DNA of 64,000 bases. Origin: Snowella sp. GTDB lineage: Bacteria > Cyanobacteriota > Cyanobacteriia > Cyanobacteriales > Microcystaceae. The stretch lies in contig JAYKGY010000128.1 in the NCBI GenBank assembly GCA_035285545.1, positions 41,627-105,626 of the forward strand, read 5' to 3'. Made by a program: the position numbers and the translations under genes. The notes below the pieces were generated by a model. That model was not told where the DNA came from, searched no databases, and saw only the letters and a program-made list of their open reading frames with translations. This document shows, in pieces, positions 60,873 to 64,000 of this stretch; the stretch's first letter is position 1, and each line of letters opens with the position of its first letter.

Positions 60873-63491
60873 TTAAGCCGTCACTAATGGCTCAGAGAGA
60901 TGTTGAAAGGTTAAGCGTTCATCTTTAACATCCACAAAAATCGTATCGTTGGGTTTGTATTCACCACGTAAAATGGCTTTGGCGATCGCCGTTTCGAGGT
61001 AGCGTTGAATGGCTCGTTTTAAGGGTCGCGCTCCGTAGATGGGATCGTAGCCAATTTCTGCCAAGAAATCTAAAGCCGCATCGGATAACTTGAGGGAGAG
61101 CTTTTGTTCGGTTAAACGAGATTCCAACCGTTGAACTTGAATTTTGATAATTTCCCGTAATTGCGATTTTTGTAAACCGTGGAAAATGATCGTTTCATCG
61201 ACCCGATTGAGGAATTCAGGACGGAAGTTAGTTCGCATTACCTCCATGACTCGCGATCGCATTTCTTCGTATTGGGATTCATCGCCTGCAATATCTAAAA
61301 TGTATTGAGATCCCAAATTACTCGTCATAATAATAATGGTATTTTTGAAGTCCACCACATGACCCTGGGCATCGGTTAAACGCCCATCATCAAGGATTTG
61401 TAACATTACGTTAAAGACATCTCCGTGAGCCTTTTCAATCTCATCAAAGAGAATAACGGAATAGGGACGGCGACGAATGGCTTCCGTTAATTGACCCCCT
61501 TCTTCGTAACCCACGTATCCTGGAGGTGCGCCCATTAAACGAGAAACAGTGTGTTTTTCCATATATTCGGACATATCAATCCGTACAATGGCATCTTCCG
61601 TATCAAAGAGGCTCTGGGCAAGGGCTTTGGCTAATTCCGTTTTACCGACTCCTGTTGGGCCCAGGAAGATAAAGCTGGCAATGGGACGATTGGGATCGGC
61701 TAAACCTGCCCGCGATCGCTGAATGGCTTCGGCAACGGCCGTTACGGCTTCATCTTGACCAATGACGCGATCATGTAATTCATCTTCTAAATGTAAGAGT
61801 TTTTCTTTCTCTGATTCCACCAGTTTACTGATAGGAATCCCTGTCCATTTAGAGATAATTTCGGCAATATCTGACTCTAAAACTTCTTCCCGTAAAAGGG
61901 TTTTTCCAGAGGTTTGTTTTTCGGCTAATTGGGTTTCGAGGTCTTTGACTTGACGTTGGAGATCGGTTAATTTGCCATAGCGTAATTCTGCTGCTTTATT
62001 GAGGTCGTAATCCCGTTCTGCCTGTTGAATTTCCAAATTAACTTGATCAATAGTTTCTTTGATAGTACGGATTTTATCAATCACCTCTTTTTCCGATTGC
62101 CATTGACCGTTTAATTTAGCCTGTTCTTCTTTGAGATTGGCCAGTTCTTTTTCGAGTTTCTCTAATCGTTCCAGAGAGGCGGCATCCGTATCTTTTTGGA
62201 GAGATAAACGCTCCATTTCTAATTGCAGAATTTTACGATCAACTTCATCCAATTCCTCTGGTTTTGAGGTAATTTCCATCTTTAATTTAGCCGCCGACTC
62301 ATCGACTAAATCAATGGCTTTGTCGGGTAAAAAGCGATCGCTGATGTAACGATTGGATAACACCGCCGCTGCAACCAGGGCACTGTCAGCAATTTTGACC
62401 CCATGATGCACTTCATAGCGTTCTTTTAAACCACGCAAGATGGAGATCGTATCAATGACATTCGGTTCATCAACCAAAACTTCTTGAAAACGTCGCTCTA
62501 AAGCAGCATCTTTTTCAATATATTTGCGGTATTCATCCAAGGTCGTTGCGCCGATACAATGCAATTCCCCCCGCGCTAACATGGGTTTCAGCAAGTTGCC
62601 TGCATCCATCGATCCTTGAGCCGCACCCGCACCGACAACGGTATGAATTTCATCGATAAAGAGAATAATATTACCCTGACTTTCGGTAACCTCTTTGAGG
62701 ACGGCTTTTAATCGTTCTTCAAATTCCCCCCGATATTTAGCCCCTGCAATTAAGGCACCCATGTCTAGGGCAATCAGTTTGCGATCGCGGAGGGATTCAG
62801 GCACATCTCGATTAATAATGCGTTGGGCCAAACCTTCGACGATAGCCGTTTTACCAACCCCAGGCTCTCCAATCAACACAGGGTTATTTTTGGTCCGACG
62901 GGAGAGGATTTGAATGGTACGCCGAATTTCCTCATCTCGCCCAATGACGGGATCAACTTTGCCTTCACGGGCCATTTGGGTGAGATCGCGCCCATATTTT
63001 TCAAGGGATTCGTATTTACCTTCGGGATTTTGGTCTGTCACTTTCTGGCTACCTCGCACTTGGGTAATAATTTCTTTTAATTTTGCTTCTGTCAGTCCAA
63101 ATTCTTGAAATAAGGCTTTGCCAAGACGGTCATCTTTAGCATAGGCTAACATCAAGTGTTCAATGGAAATGAAATCATCGCCAAATTCTTTTCGATAATT
63201 TTCGGCGCGGTCTAATAAACTATCTAAACTTCGTCCTAAATAGATCGACTCGCTCGGATTGGCAATTTTGGGTTGACTGCGGATAAAGGCTTCGACGCGA
63301 TCGCGAAACTTGGGAACGCTGATATTGGCTTTATTGAGAATACTAACTGCTAAACCTTCTTCTTCGAGCAAGGATTTGAGAAGATGCTCGCTTTCGATTT
63401 GTTGATGTTTATTTTGTTTAGCAATATCAGGAGTCCGAACGATAGCTTCCCAAGCTTTTTCCGTAAATTGGTTGGGATTAGTAGGTTGCAT
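60873..63491 (-). CDS. clpB: ATP-dependent chaperone ClpB
   Basis: Two AAA+ modules ([16 protein letters not shown]) and coiled-coil M domain, 872 aa. Confidence 0.97.
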   Translation of the reverse strand: MQPTNPNQFTEKAWEAIVRTPDIAKQNKHQQIESEHLLKSLLEEEGLAVSILNKANISVPKFRDRVEAFIRSQPKIANPSESIYLGRSLDSLLDRAENYRKEFGDDFISIEHLMLAYAKDDRLGKALFQEFGLTEAKLKEIITQVRGSQKVTDQNPEGKYESLEKYGRDLTQMAREGKVDPVIGRDEEIRRTIQILSRRTKNNPVLIGEPGVGKTAIVEGLAQRIINRDVPESLRDRKLIALDMGALIAGAKYRGEFEERLKAVLKEVTESQGNIILFIDEIHTVVGAGAAQGSMDAGNLLKPMLARGELHCIGATTLDEYRKYIEKDAALERRFQEVLVDEPNVIDTISILRGLKERYEVHHGVKIADSALVAAAVLSNRYISDRFLPDKAIDLVDESAAKLKMEITSKPEELDEVDRKILQLEMERLSLQKDTDAASLERLEKLEKELANLKEEQAKLNGQWQSEKEVIDKIRTIKETIDQVNLEIQQAERDYDLNKAAELRYGKLTDLQRQVKDLETQLAEKQTSGKTLLREEVLESDIAEIISKWTGIPISKLVESEKEKLLHLEDELHDRVIGQDEAVTAVAEAIQRSRAGLADPNRPIASFIFLGPTGVGKTELAKALAQSLFDTEDAIVRIDMSEYMEKHTVSRLMGAPPGYVGYEEGGQLTEAIRRRPYSVILFDEIEKAHGDVFNVMLQILDDGRLTDAQGHVVDFKNTIIIMTSNLGSQYILDIAGDESQYEEMRSRVMEVMRTNFRPEFLNRVDETIIFHGLQKSQLREIIKIQVQRLESRLTEQKLSLKLSDAALDFLAEIGYDPIYGARPLKRAIQRYLETAIAKAILRGEYKPNDTIFVDVKDERLTFQHLSEPLVTA

Positions 63492-63877
63492 AGGAATTTT
63501 GTATAAGCTCTTACCATTCCTATTGTAGAGTGCCTATATTCCACTGGGGGAGACGGTTTTCCCGATAAATGAGTGGGGTTTTCCTTGTTTTGAGACGAGA
63601 TGGCAAATTATTTTGCAATTGAAGCAATGCGATATCGGTATCGCGTTTCAAGATGATTCTAACAAGGCAGCAATTAGTCGGTAGTCGTAATGAAAAATGC
63701 CAAGATCCGTATTTGAATCAATATATCGAAGGTGCCGCATAATTCTTCATTATGTGAACCAATCAATAAGCCAAGTTCTAGCTTAAATCCTATTATTTTG
63801 AGGTAGATAGATGAACCCTTTACTTGATTGTTTTGATGTAACCCAACTGTAACCGTTCAGAGGGTCTAAATCTGATA

Positions 63878-64000
63878 TAGCAATTCCTTGATAAATGAGG
63901 TACAGTAAGAGGACTAAATTTGAGACAAAAGCCATGAAACCCTATTCATTAGATTTTAGAAAGAAAATCTTAGAAGTCCGTGAAAAAGAAAATCTTTCTG
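63878..64000 (+). mobile_element. IS630-family element, left end and transposase start (truncated by the window)
   Basis: TA|TAGCAATTCC end at 63876-63887; ORF from ATG 63934: MKPYSLDFRKKILEVREKENLS (IS630 HTH-type N-terminus). Confidence 0.75.

Overview
This is a 64-kb chromosomal window from a unicellular cyanobacterium. Evidence: about 90 HIP1 octamers (GCGATCGC) counted by eye, heptamer STRR arrays, and Synechocystis-like gene content (cphBA, sipA, ycf55, ycf20, hfq-ComFB, sigG and sigH operons). Most of it is core genome: glyQ, hisH, uppP, hom, scpA, pdxH, prfA, galT, menA, menF, cphA, cphB, trmD, clpB. I found no rRNA, tRNA or CRISPR array. Most notable accessory signals: (1) a 1.3-kb integrase-free cassette (Mrr-like endonuclease plus degenerate TOPRIM-like gene) flanked by a 102-bp direct repeat of the pdxH 3' end, whose downstream copy is a decayed coding remnant; (2) an AT-rich hisH-uppP islet with two signal-peptide-less peptidoglycan hydrolases (amidase; GH73-Ig-PG-binding-MepA fusion), an IS630-type MITE, a CRISPR-leader-like stretch without an array, and a mini-catalase; (3) the same GAACCTTTT...GTCTAA ECF promoter upstream of both ECF sigma genes; (4) a doubly degenerate REC-GGDEF protein that keeps its RxxD site; (5) nuclease/toxin-like passenger genes directly behind several core genes. 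All family calls come from motif recognition, not database searches.
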